The notes under the pieces are model-generated. The model saw nothing but the letters and a program-made list of their open reading frames with translations, ran no database searches and had not been told where the DNA came from. A program made the position numbers and the translations under genes. A DNA stretch of 28,488 nt from a bacterium (lineage in GTDB: Bacteria; Zhuqueibacterota; Zhuqueibacteria; Oceanimicrobiales; Oceanimicrobiaceae), in the NCBI GenBank assembly GCA_046757165.1, contig JBHHXT010000048.1:1-28488 (forward strand). Reading direction: 5' to 3'. Shown here piece after piece: positions 15,793 to 25,114 of this stretch; positions within the stretch are counted from its first letter, which is position 1, and each line of letters begins with the position of its first letter.

Positions 15793-17372
15793 CGAGGAAA
15801 GAAACGGCAAGATGGGTGTTGATTGGCCTGCCAACTGTCGGGCTGGCCAGTTCGATGGTTGTGCAGAGCAACGGTCGGGCAAGTTCAGACTTGCTTATCG
15901 CGCTGCAGTGGATTTCGGCCAATGCGGTTTTGTTTGCCAGCGTCCTGGCTATTTTGAGCTTTGTGGTCAACAAATCTCGCTTTCATCTCTGCCTGGCGAT
16001 CATCCTGTTCGCTGCCGCGGTATTCGAGATGGTGCAGGCCGTAAACCTTGCACGCATGTTCTCGCCGTGGGTGGCAGGCACTCCACCAGGGACCTCCCTC
16101 CTGCAAGTGCTGAACTGTTTTGCTTATGTTGGCGTTCTAAGCAGCTTGATTGGCCAGCTTTATGCTTCACTGAAACATGCAGCCCGCCGGGCTCAGAATC
16201 TCTTTCTCGCTCACGAGGAAGTTCAGGATCAGATCGAGGAGAGAAAATGGACCGAGGAGCTGTTGCAGGAATCGCGATTGTTTGCAGAAAGCATCGTCGA
16301 GTCGATTCGCGAGCCCCTTCTTGTGATGGACTCGGAGCTGCGCATTATTCGCGCCAATCGCTCGTTTTACACCACGTTTGGTCTGGCACCAGAGAAAACA
16401 TTGAACCAGTTCCTGGGCGCTTTGGGCCATGGTGAATGGAACGAGCCGGAACTGCTCGTACAGTTGAAGCAAATCATCACCGCAGAAGGACTGCTCGAGA
16501 ACTATGAGGTGACGCAAAGCTTCAACGGCGTGGGCGCCAAGACGCTCTTGCTGAGTGCCCGGCGGATCAACCAGAAGGATGTTCAAACCAATCTTATCTT
16601 GCTGGCGATGTTCGATGTCACCGAGCAAAACCTGGCGCAGCAAGAGCTGGCGCGGCGAGCGGATGAGCTGGCACGCTCGAACGCAGAACTGGAGCAATTC
16701 GCCTACATCGCCTCGCACGATTTGCAGGAGCCTTTACGCATGGTCTCCAGCTATTGTCAGCTTCTGAAACGGCGATACCAGGACAAGCTCGACGCCGATG
16801 CCAACGAGTTTATCGAATTTGCCGTTGATGGCGCCAAGCGAATGCAAACCTTGATCAACGACTTGCTGGAATACTCACGCGTCGGCACCTGCGGCCAGCC
16901 ATTCCAGCCGACGGATTGCGGCAAAGTGGTGGAGCAGGCGCTTGACAACCTCAGACTCTCTATCGATGATTGCGAAGCCAGAATCCAGAAGAGCCGGATG
17001 CCAATGGTCCTGGCCGACGAAATCCAGCTTGTGCAATTATTCCAAAACCTGGTCGCCAACGCGCTCAAGTTCAGAAAAGGAAAGGCCCCGGACATCGCGA
17101 TCAAGGCCCGTCGGAAAAATGGCACATGGATCTTCTCGGTAAAGGACACTGGCATTGGCATCGAACAGGAATTTCTGCAGCGCATTTTTGTCATTTTTCA
17201 ACGGCTGCACAATCCAAGAAATTATCCGGGAACCGGAATTGGACTGGCGATCTGCAAGAAGATCGTTGAGAGACATGGGGGCCAGATTTGGGTGGAGTCC
17301 AAAGTTGGTAAAGGCTCGACCTTTTGTTTTACGCTGCCAGCAGTGGATAGGGAGGATATCAATTCTGGATGA
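15789..17372 (+). CDS. Membrane-bound PAS sensor histidine kinase (Cph1/BphP-type HisKA)
   Basis: About four N-terminal hydrophobic segments; PAS (IREPLLVMD...ANRSFY); H box [47 protein letters not shown] overlap with the upstream gene. Confidence 0.92.
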   Translation: MTRKETARWVLIGLPTVGLASSMVVQSNGRASSDLLIALQWISANAVLFASVLAILSFVVNKSRFHLCLAIILFAAAVFEMVQAVNLARMFSPWVAGTPPGTSLLQVLNCFAYVGVLSSLIGQLYASLKHAARRAQNLFLAHEEVQDQIEERKWTEELLQESRLFAESIVESIREPLLVMDSELRIIRANRSFYTTFGLAPEKTLNQFLGALGHGEWNEPELLVQLKQIITAEGLLENYEVTQSFNGVGAKTLLLSARRINQKDVQTNLILLAMFDVTEQNLAQQELARRADELARSNAELEQFAYIASHDLQEPLRMVSSYCQLLKRRYQDKLDADANEFIEFAVDGAKRMQTLINDLLEYSRVGTCGQPFQPTDCGKVVEQALDNLRLSIDDCEARIQKSRMPMVLADEIQLVQLFQNLVANALKFRKGKAPDIAIKARRKNGTWIFSVKDTGIGIEQEFLQRIFVIFQRLHNPRNYPGTGIGLAICKKIVERHGGQIWVESKVGKGSTFCFTLPAVDREDINSG

Positions 17373-17803
17373 ATAGCCGGGCGATGGACATTCTCCTGGT
17401 GGAAGATAACCAGGGCGACGTGCGGCTTACCAGGGAAGCCTTCAAAGAGGGTCATGTGCCAAGCCGCTTGAATGTTGTGGGAGATGGCATTGAAGCGATC
17501 ACCTATCTAAGACAGGACGCCCCCTTCGGCAGCGCCACGCGCCCGGACCTCATTCTGCTGGACTTGAATCTGCCCAGGAGAAACGGTCGCGAGGTCCTGG
17601 AAATCATAAAGAACGATGAGGACCTGCGGCGGATTCCAGTCGTGATCCTCACAACATCGAAAGCGGAGCAAGACATTATCAACTCCTACGATCTCCATGC
17701 TAACTGTTACATTACCAAGCCGGTAGACCTCGAGCAATTTATGCGCGTGGTTCGAATGCTGCAAGACTTCTGGTTTACGACAGTCAAGTTACCGCAGAAA
17801 TAG
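17369..17803 (+). CDS. Single-domain response regulator, Rcp1 type
   Basis: ILLVEDNQGD, PDLILLDLNLP, IPVVILTTS, SYDLHANCYITKP, FWF; ATGA overlap with the kinase. Confidence 0.93.
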   Translation: MNSRAMDILLVEDNQGDVRLTREAFKEGHVPSRLNVVGDGIEAITYLRQDAPFGSATRPDLILLDLNLPRRNGREVLEIIKNDEDLRRIPVVILTTSKAEQDIINSYDLHANCYITKPVDLEQFMRVVRMLQDFWFTTVKLPQK

Positions 17804-17813
17804 GCATTGCATC

Positions 17814-19574
17814 ATGGAAGAGACTGAAACCAAGATACTGCTCGCTGAGGATGACTGCGGAGATGCCCGGCTCCTGCGTGAAATGCTTTCAGAGGTCAGG
17901 CATCTCAACTTTTCCTTGCACCATGTCGAAACGCTGACTGAGACCGTGGAAGCATTGAGAAAATTCACCTTTGATGTGGTCTTCCTGGACTTATCTTTGC
18001 CGGACAGCCACGGCTTTACCACCTTTTGCCGCGTGCACGACCAGGCGCCGAACGTTCCGATCATCCTGATGACAGGGAATGATGATCAAACGCTGGTGGC
18101 AAGAGCCCTGAACCGGGGGGCACAAGACTATCTCGTCAAGGGAAAGTTCGATAGTGAGCTGCTCGTGCGCTCGACGCGCTACGCCATCGAGCGACACCGG
18201 CTGCGGGTTGAGATGGAGAAAGCGCGGGCATTGGAACAGCACCTGGCCTACCATGATGCCTTGACCAGCTTGCCGAACCGGCTGCTTTTTATGGAACGGT
18301 TACAGCAGGCCCTGGTTTATGCCAAACGCTACGATAGCTTACTGGCCGTCCTCTTCATGGATCTGGATGGACTCAAGCAGATCAATGATACCAAAGGGCA
18401 TGCTGCTGGCGACGAGCTGTTGCAGGCAGTTGCTCGGCGCCTGACCCACAACGTGCGGGAAAGCGATACAGTGGCGAGACTGGGCGGGGACGAGTTCATC
18501 ATTTTGCTGAAAGGCATCAAGAAAGTGGAGGACGTCACCAAAGTCGCGAGCAAAATTTTGCGCGCTGTCTCGACACCGTGCTCGATCGTTGGCGAGAAGA
18601 TTGAAGTGACTGCCAGTGTTGGCATCAGTGTTTTTCCCTACGATGGCTCAGACAACGAAGACCTGATCAAGAAGGCAGACTTCGCCATGTACCGGGCCAA
18701 GAGCAAAGGTAAGAATAGGCACCAGCTCTTCAACATGTTCGTCAATATCGACTCCGGCCGTCAAGTTTCGCTGGAGAGCAGTTTGCGCCAGGCGGTTGAG
18801 AATAAATCGCTCAGACTTTTCTTCCAGCCGCAGGTTGCTTTGCAGAGCGGAAACCTTATCGGAATGGAAGCGTTGCTGCGCTGGCAGCTGGATGATCTGG
18901 TGATGCTGCAGCCAGCGGACTTTATGCCAATGGCTGAAGACACCGGCTTGATCGTCCCGATTGGGAAGTGGGTCTTGCGGGAAGCGTGCTTGCAGAACAG
19001 ACGCTGGCAGGAATCCGGATACCCGCCCATTCCCGTGGCGGTCAACCTCTCTGCACGCCAGTTTCGCGAGGTCAGCCTGGTAGAGACCGTTGCCAGTGCA
19101 ATCCGTGATACCAGGTTGAGCCCAAGCCATCTGGTGCTGGAAATCACAGAAACCAGTGCCATGGAGGACATCGAATTCACCATTACCACGCTAAAAGCGC
19201 TGAAAGAGATGGGGGTCCGAATTGCACTGGACGATTTTGGCATTGGGTATTCCTCTCTCAGCTACCTCAAACGGCTTCCAATTGATTTTCTCAAAGTCGA
19301 CAAATGTTTTGTCAGGGATGTGCCCAAGAATCCTGATGATGTTTCGATCATCAAGGCCATTGTCGCGCTAGCTCAGAATCTGGGCATAAAAGTGATTGCG
19401 GAAGGCGTGGAGAAGAAAGATCAGCTTTCGTTCCTGAAGTCCATTCGATGTGAGCAAGTGCAAGGCTTCTATTTCAGCCCGGCCTTGTCCCCCGCCAGAT
19501 TTCGTGAGCTGCTGGCCTCTAACAAAGGGTGGCGGGAGAAGGGAATCCCGGAATTGGAAGTACACGTCGTGTGA
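17814..19574 (+). CDS. REC - GGDEF - EAL diguanylate cyclase/phosphodiesterase
   Basis: Canonical receiver (LLAEDD, FLDLSLPD, LMTG, YLVKG); RESD I-site and RLGGDEF; EALLRW, DDFGIGYSSL, LKVD, AEGVE, QGF. Confidence 0.93.
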   Translation: MEETETKILLAEDDCGDARLLREMLSEVRHLNFSLHHVETLTETVEALRKFTFDVVFLDLSLPDSHGFTTFCRVHDQAPNVPIILMTGNDDQTLVARALNRGAQDYLVKGKFDSELLVRSTRYAIERHRLRVEMEKARALEQHLAYHDALTSLPNRLLFMERLQQALVYAKRYDSLLAVLFMDLDGLKQINDTKGHAAGDELLQAVARRLTHNVRESDTVARLGGDEFIILLKGIKKVEDVTKVASKILRAVSTPCSIVGEKIEVTASVGISVFPYDGSDNEDLIKKADFAMYRAKSKGKNRHQLFNMFVNIDSGRQVSLESSLRQAVENKSLRLFFQPQVALQSGNLIGMEALLRWQLDDLVMLQPADFMPMAEDTGLIVPIGKWVLREACLQNRRWQESGYPPIPVAVNLSARQFREVSLVETVASAIRDTRLSPSHLVLEITETSAMEDIEFTITTLKALKEMGVRIALDDFGIGYSSLSYLKRLPIDFLKVDKCFVRDVPKNPDDVSIIKAIVALAQNLGIKVIAEGVEKKDQLSFLKSIRCEQVQGFYFSPALSPARFRELLASNKGWREKGIPELEVHVV

Positions 19575-19730
19575 GGGTCACAGGACCATCAAAATCGCGG
19601 GGCTAACGATTTCTATATTATGATAAGGCGCCACAGTGGGCCGGAACGCACGAAGCTTTCAAATAGATTGAAGTTATACTATCCATACCAACGATCATTT
19701 AATAGCTCTCTACTTTTTGTTTTATTTCTT

Positions 19731-19757
19731 CTTTGCGTCCTTTGCGGCTTTGCGTGA
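19731..19757. repeat. Short tandem CTTTGCG repeat in a convergent intergenic region
   Basis: CTTTGCG at 19731, 19740 and 19748. Confidence 0.6.
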
Positions 19758-19794
19758 TCAAAAAGCTTTGCAAAAAAATGCAAAGGATGACAGG

Positions 19795-19953
19795 CTAGTC
19801 CCACTTTTGATCATCGAACAACCGCAGAAACTCGAGTTTCTGCTCCATCGTCAGGTCATACTGGTCGATGATACGCCACAGGTGCTCGCCTTTTTGCAAG
19901 CGCTGTTGAATCTCCTGGAGGATCTTCGAGTCTGGATGGGCAGAATCCATCAT
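19795..19953 (-). CDS. Small hypothetical protein (52 aa), absent from the ORF track
   Basis: MMDSAHPDSKILQEIQQRLQKGEHLWRIIDQYDLTMEQKLEFLRLFDDQKWD*, starting 24 nt after the ACT gene stop on the same strand; GC-rich third positions like the neighbours; GAAGAG upstream. Confidence 0.7.
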   Translation of the reverse strand: MMDSAHPDSKILQEIQQRLQKGEHLWRIIDQYDLTMEQKLEFLRLFDDQKWD

Positions 19954-19977
19954 GATTCTCTTCGGGCAGCAACGACA

Positions 19978-20364
19978 TCACCCGTTGAGGACGCTGTTTG
20001 CCTTCTTATCATCTGTCGTGGAAAGGACGACGATGGTGTTGGAACCGGTGGCTGTTGCAAAGGCTTGCTCAATGTTGATCTTCTTCTTGGCTAACTTCTT
20101 TGACATGTCCGCCAGCGAGCCCGGATGGTTTTGTAACTCAACCGTCAGAACCTGGCTCTCGCCATACATCATGCCCAGATCCTGCAAAATGGTTTTGGTT
20201 CTTTCAGTATCATCAACAATCAAACGCACGATGCCCCATTCCAGATCATCGACGACGGAGAGCGCTCGAATGTTGACCTTCGCGCTTGCCAGGTTTGTGC
20301 ACAGCTCGCCGAGACTTCCCACCTTGTTCTGAACAAAGATTGAGAATTGCTTTTCGATTGCCAT
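19978..20364 (-). CDS. Tandem ACT-domain protein (amino-acid-binding regulatory protein, BT0572-like)
   Basis: QFSIFVQNKVGSLGELC..LA...VNIRALS and ELQNHPGSLA...KKLA...INIE; GGAGGGAG upstream. Confidence 0.88.
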   Translation of the reverse strand: MAIEKQFSIFVQNKVGSLGELCTNLASAKVNIRALSVVDDLEWGIVRLIVDDTERTKTILQDLGMMYGESQVLTVELQNHPGSLADMSKKLAKKKINIEQAFATATGSNTIVVLSTTDDKKANSVLNG

Positions 20365-20417
20365 GACTCTCCCTCCCTTTCTATGGCGAGGTAAGCTGCA
20401 ATTCTTGCCGTCATTTA

Positions 20418-20446
20418 ATTATAGCCAATCACCCCTGAAAAATCAA
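20418..20446 (-). promoter_or_regulatory. Sigma70-type promoter for the ACT gene
   Basis: Minus strand TTGATT (20446-20441), 17-nt spacer, TATAAT (20423-20418). Confidence 0.62.
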
Positions 20447-20491
20447 GCGAAAAAGTCAGGGACATGCAAACGACGAACAGAGAAAAGGGTC

Positions 20492-20520
20492 TTGCTTTTT
20501 TGCGGTGATTCCCCTATTTT
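20492..20520 (+). promoter_or_regulatory. Possible sigma70-type promoter for the nuclease/ATPase pair
   Basis: TTGCTT (20492-20497), 17-nt spacer, TATTTT (20515-20520). Confidence 0.45.
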
Positions 20521-20552
20521 TAGCCAATTCCTGACCCCGAAAAGGAGGACGT

Positions 20553-21617
20553 TTGAAAATTGCGATCACTGCGGATCTGCATCTGACCACGCAGAAGAAA
20601 AATCCGGACCGATTTCATGCCTTGCAAGCCATTCTGGAGAGGTTGGTGCAATCCGCCGTCCGAGTGCTGATTCTCGCTGGCGATACCTTCGATGAGTCAA
20701 GCCGCAATTATGCCGAGTTTGAAAGGGTTTGCCAGCAGCCAGAGTTCAGGCACATTCGTCTCCTCCTGATTCCAGGAAACCACGACCACGACCTCGATGC
20801 CAATGCGCTGGCGGCAGAGAATGTCGAGGTCATCACCGAGGGGCGGACGGAGATGTTTTCCCGCGACGGGCTGCCCTTCCTGCTCTTGCCCTATGTTCCG
20901 GCCAAAACCATGGGCGAGGAAATTGCGCGCCACGCCGGCGGCCTCCCAACCAACCGTTGGGTGTTGGTCGGCCACGGGGATTGGACCGCAGGAATGCACG
21001 AACCGGATCCGGTTGAACCAGGCACTTACATGCCCCTGACGCGAGTCGATATCGAGAAGTTCAAGCCGCGGCTGGTGGTCCTGGGCCACATTCACAAGCC
21101 GACGGACAGCAACAGGGTTATCTATCCTGGCTCGCCGTGCGGGCTGGACATTCGCGAAACCGGCCGGCGCCGCTTTGTGCTCATCGATGCCGACAGCGGT
21201 GACGTGCAGTTGCAAGCGGTAACTTCGGATTTCATTTACTTTAACGAAGCGTTCGTGGTTGTGCCAGGCGAGCACGAGCTCGAGTATGTCACAGGTCAGA
21301 TCGAGAAGTGCATCGGCAATTGGTCGCTTGCAGACTCCGAAATCGACAAAGTGCGCATCCAGGTCAAGTTTTCAGGATATACCTCGAACAAGCGCGCCCT
21401 GCTGGACACTGTTCAGCAGAGCTTGCAAAAGTTTCACTTCTACAAAGACGGCGAGCCAGATTTGTCCGAAGTGTTTGTCGCCGACGATCCGAACCGCGCC
21501 GAGATCGCCCGGCGCGTGTCCGAAAGAATTGAGCGCATGAACCTCGCGCCATTTCATCGTCCGCCGACAAAGGCCGCAATCCTGCTGCAAGCGCTTCATG
21601 CCATCTACGGGGAGTAA
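20553..21617 (+). CDS. Mre11/SbcD-like metallophosphoesterase nuclease (YhaO-like)
   Basis: TADLH, AGDTFD, PGNHD, VGHG, LGHIHK, YPGSP; TTG start with AGGAGG at 20543-20548. Confidence 0.88.
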   Translation: MKIAITADLHLTTQKKNPDRFHALQAILERLVQSAVRVLILAGDTFDESSRNYAEFERVCQQPEFRHIRLLLIPGNHDHDLDANALAAENVEVITEGRTEMFSRDGLPFLLLPYVPAKTMGEEIARHAGGLPTNRWVLVGHGDWTAGMHEPDPVEPGTYMPLTRVDIEKFKPRLVVLGHIHKPTDSNRVIYPGSPCGLDIRETGRRRFVLIDADSGDVQLQAVTSDFIYFNEAFVVVPGEHELEYVTGQIEKCIGNWSLADSEIDKVRIQVKFSGYTSNKRALLDTVQQSLQKFHFYKDGEPDLSEVFVADDPNRAEIARRVSERIERMNLAPFHRPPTKAAILLQALHAIYGE

Positions 21618-21618
21618 C

Positions 21619-23763
21619 ATGGCAGTTTTTATCAAGGAGGTCAGTGTACAAAATCTCGGACCCCATATTCGTCTGGCGTTCCAGCTCGGCCGGTTCAATC
21701 TCATTTACGGCCACAACGAAAACGGCAAAACCTATCTGGTGGAGTTCATCATTCGCTCTCTCTTCAAACACGTGAAACAATGGAGCCTGCGGGAGAATGA
21801 AGGTCGCGGCAAGGTCAGCGTCGCAGGTCTGGAGCCAGGCGGGCTGGTCGAGTTTTCGCCGGCCTCAGAAAACAAGCTGGAGGACTACTGGCAAGAGGCG
21901 CAACCCGGCTTGCCGGCAGACTTTTCCAGGCTGCTGGTGGTGAAGGGCGCCGAAGTCGACCTGGCGAAAGTCGCCGGCGGTATTGACAAGAACGTCCTGA
22001 AGCGACTGCTCTCCAACCGGGCCGTCCTGGATAGCATCCAGAGAACCATTTCCAAGACGATTCAAGAGTCGGCGATGGAGAACGGCATTCTGACGGGCCC
22101 CAGGCGGGGTGAGATGAAAGAAAGAACAGAGCTCGAAGAAAGGCTCAGGAGGTTCGAACGCTTATTTGCGCAGTTGGACGACAGCTACTCCGGCGGAACG
22201 CGAAAAGAGCTCGAAGATGAAATGAAACGGCTGCAAGCGAAAAAGAGTCAAATGGAATTGGCGCGCCGGCACCTGGCCTTCAAAACAGATGCGGATGTTC
22301 GCAAGTTGAACGGGGAGCTGAGTCAGCGGTCAATGGACAAGATCATCGAGCTGCGCAGCGATTTGTCCATCTACAGGAACAAACGTCTCGAGCATAGCCA
22401 AAAACAAAGCCGCCAAAAGGAGGCGGCGCGCAGGAGCGAGCATTACGACTGGCTCAAGAGCGCGCAGAGAGTTTATCAAGAAACCCTGGCGAGCGTGGTG
22501 GCACAGCCGCCCCGGACCCCGGTCGTGGCTGCGGTCGCGTTGATCGTGGGGGCCGGGATTCTTTCGTATTTGCGCCTGCCACTCTACGCGGTCATCTGCC
22601 TGGCCGGCGCCCTGGCAGCCGGCACATTCTATTTCAGAAGATACCGTGACCTGTTGCAGCACGCCGCTGAAAATCAGGAGCTCGAGACGATCCGAAAAGC
22701 ATTCTTCGACTATTTCAAGACCGAGCTGACCGGACTCGCAGACATTGTGCACCATCTACAAGGGATGGAAGAGGACTACAACACGGCGCAACTGCTGGAC
22801 AAACAACTGCAAGATGACCAGGTGCAACTGCAAGCCGCCAGATTGAAGCTCTCCGAGCAAATCTACCAATTGACGGGAGAAAAGACGGAGCCTGAGGCGT
22901 GGGATGATGTATTGCGCGAGCTCGAAGCCCGGGCCAGGGCTCTGGAGGCCCGTGTTCGCGACAAGGAGCTGGATTTGGCGCAGCTGAATGTGGATGCTTC
23001 CGATTACCTGGAGACGGACCCGTGGGTGGAGTTCAGCAAACAAAAGCTGGCAGAAGCGGAACAGGAACTAATGCGCACCAGGCAGAGGCTCGATGACGAG
23101 ACGCACAAGCTCGACAGTCTCAAGCATATGATTTGCCAACAGACCGGGGACGATATCTCGGCCTCATGGGACAGGATCATTCCAAGATTGCGGGAAATGC
23201 AACAGACAACTCTGGCCGCGTACCAGTCCAGGACCGCTGAGATTCTGGGGAAAATTGCGGTCAACGAGGTGGTGCAGGAGCTGCGAAAAGATGAGGACAG
23301 CAAGATACTCGAAAACCTGCAATCAGAAATCGTGCAGAAACCCATCTACGAGCTGACTCGCCGTTATGACCATTTGACCCTGGAGTCGGAGAGGCTGGTC
23401 GTTTCCGACCGGTACAACATCTTCACCCTCAGCGAGCTGAGCACGGGAGCGCAGGAGCAAATTCTGCTCGCTCTGCGCATTGGGCTGAGCAAGAAACTGA
23501 TGCGAGAGGAGAGCCTGTTTTTGATCCTCGATGATGCCTTCCAATACTCCGATTGGCAGCGGCGCCAGTGGTTGGTCGACCAGGCGGCGAAGCTGGCGCA
23601 GGATGGCTGGCAGATCATCTATTTTACCATGGATGATAATATCCGCACGCTCTTTGAGCAGAAGGCCGCGCAGTTCGGTGAGGAGTATCGCCTAATCAAC
23701 CTCAATCGCAGCAGGAAAGCCCTCGAGCAGATCGATCTGCTCAGTCGAGATTTGGGTTATTGA
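21619..23763 (+). CDS. Rad50/SbcC-like SMC-family ATPase (YhaN-like) with a central hydrophobic hairpin (714 aa)
   Basis: Walker A GHNENGKT, long coiled coils, signature LSTGAQEQ, LALR, Walker B LILDDAF, QIIYFT. ATG 21619 follows GGAG and the nuclease stop. Confidence 0.87.
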   Translation: MAVFIKEVSVQNLGPHIRLAFQLGRFNLIYGHNENGKTYLVEFIIRSLFKHVKQWSLRENEGRGKVSVAGLEPGGLVEFSPASENKLEDYWQEAQPGLPADFSRLLVVKGAEVDLAKVAGGIDKNVLKRLLSNRAVLDSIQRTISKTIQESAMENGILTGPRRGEMKERTELEERLRRFERLFAQLDDSYSGGTRKELEDEMKRLQAKKSQMELARRHLAFKTDADVRKLNGELSQRSMDKIIELRSDLSIYRNKRLEHSQKQSRQKEAARRSEHYDWLKSAQRVYQETLASVVAQPPRTPVVAAVALIVGAGILSYLRLPLYAVICLAGALAAGTFYFRRYRDLLQHAAENQELETIRKAFFDYFKTELTGLADIVHHLQGMEEDYNTAQLLDKQLQDDQVQLQAARLKLSEQIYQLTGEKTEPEAWDDVLRELEARARALEARVRDKELDLAQLNVDASDYLETDPWVEFSKQKLAEAEQELMRTRQRLDDETHKLDSLKHMICQQTGDDISASWDRIIPRLREMQQTTLAAYQSRTAEILGKIAVNEVVQELRKDEDSKILENLQSEIVQKPIYELTRRYDHLTLESERLVVSDRYNIFTLSELSTGAQEQILLALRIGLSKKLMREESLFLILDDAFQYSDWQRRQWLVDQAAKLAQDGWQIIYFTMDDNIRTLFEQKAAQFGEEYRLINLNRSRKALEQIDLLSRDLGY

Positions 23764-24949
23764 TGCGCTCGACCAGCGGAATGGGCAAGTACTGCCAGAC
23801 CCCCTCGAGGTGAAACTCACCAAATCGTCTCTGGTCGACCAGCCTCAGGCCTCGCGCAAAGAGCGTTTTGTCCCGCTCGGCCTTGATATCTTCGAGAAGC
23901 AGCGTCTGAAGGGAAGAGAGGCCGAAAGCGGCGCGCACCCTGTTCACCCGGCCCAATGCAGATGGAACCCCGCCGGTATTGAATTCCAGCTCGGCCAGCA
24001 TGAGCTCATTTTCCTGCCACGAGATGAAAGGAATGGGGGAATCGACGCGCGGATAGCGTGCCTGTCGCCAAAAAACCGTCTCTTCGTCCAGTCCCAGAAT
24101 CGGCTCAATTTTGATTCGTGTCGTTTCGGCCGGGTCCGTGGTGACGCAGTCGACCAGGAGAGAGTCGACCACGAACTGTGTTTGTCCGCGCCCGGCTTGC
24201 GACCAGTAGAAGTTGGCGGACTCGGAGTTGTAAAGGGCCTGAAAAGGGGGATCTCCTTCTTGCAATCCGTCCCGGGCAGAAGACCGCGCTGCCGATTGAT
24301 TGCCGTTGAAAAGATGGCATCGGGCAATAAGGGAGTTGAGCATTCGACGCTCATAGGCGCTGTTGGTATGGTCGAGCGCTTCTTGCAGGGATGCGAGGGC
24401 GAGGGCGTACATTTCATCGGAAGGAATGAACGGTCCGTTGTCGATGACTCCGCCGCCCTCCGTTTCTGACAAGCCGGTGTAGGTGGCATAGAGATATCTG
24501 GCAATGCCGCCATAGAGATGGCCGGTGAAGAAGACTTGTCGCCGTAGCTCCAAATCGACAAATTCAATCTGGCGCGCCCGTCGCAGCAAATCATCGGCGA
24601 GGAACCTCAGCTCACCGAGCTGCAGGAATTGCGCTTCGACTGCGCTGTTGTCGAGCTCGATCTCGCCAAAATCGATATCCTCGAAACTGACGAATGTCGC
24701 GCCAGGCACGTTGGGGTCGAAGAAAAATGCATCGGACAAGGCATCTGCGAGCAGGATCGTTTGATCGTAGGTGGTCGCGAAGCGTTGCTGCACCCCGGCG
24801 ATGAGAAAACTCATCTGACTCTCGTCCGTGAGCTTGTCGCTATCGATCTCGTCGATCGGGGGGGTGACGTTGTCGACAAAGTCGCTACAGGACAGGGAGA
24901 TCGCGATGAGGAGATAAACCGCAACAGAAATGAGGATTGATTGCTTCAT
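23741..24949 (-). CDS. SusD/RagB-like outer-membrane lipoprotein
   Basis: Lipoprotein signal ending SLSC (Cys21); helical TPR-like body (LIARCHL), ENELMLAE, VNRVRA, ERDKTLFARGLRLVDQRRFG, LPIPLVERINNPN; lies downstream of a SusC-like gene. Confidence 0.85.
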   Translation of the reverse strand: MKQSILISVAVYLLIAISLSCSDFVDNVTPPIDEIDSDKLTDESQMSFLIAGVQQRFATTYDQTILLADALSDAFFFDPNVPGATFVSFEDIDFGEIELDNSAVEAQFLQLGELRFLADDLLRRARQIEFVDLELRRQVFFTGHLYGGIARYLYATYTGLSETEGGGVIDNGPFIPSDEMYALALASLQEALDHTNSAYERRMLNSLIARCHLFNGNQSAARSSARDGLQEGDPPFQALYNSESANFYWSQAGRGQTQFVVDSLLVDCVTTDPAETTRIKIEPILGLDEETVFWRQARYPRVDSPIPFISWQENELMLAELEFNTGGVPSALGRVNRVRAAFGLSSLQTLLLEDIKAERDKTLFARGLRLVDQRRFGEFHLEGVWQYLPIPLVERINNPNLD

Positions 24950-25114
24950 AATACGTGCGCCGCCTTAGGCTAGTTGACAGAACGCGATCTTACACAGTTT
25001 GTAACTATGTATTTCTTGTCGTCTGAACATCGATCTTTTCGAGTCTCAACTTCTGATTTCAAAAATACGGTTGCAAGCCGTGCTGGAGCAGGTCATATCT
25101 GAGCTCAGTACCAG

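Noticed and set aside
13154..19700. Genomic island integrated at tRNA-Met
   Set aside because: No integrase, and no duplicated tRNA 3' end found by eye.
19717..20094. 125-aa plus-strand ORF
   Set aside because: Antisense to the ACT gene and the 52-aa ORF, and it runs through a repeat.
20553..23763. Lamassu or Wadjet defence system call
   Set aside because: No LmuA/LmuC or JetABD-like neighbours; the partner is an Mre11-type phosphoesterase.
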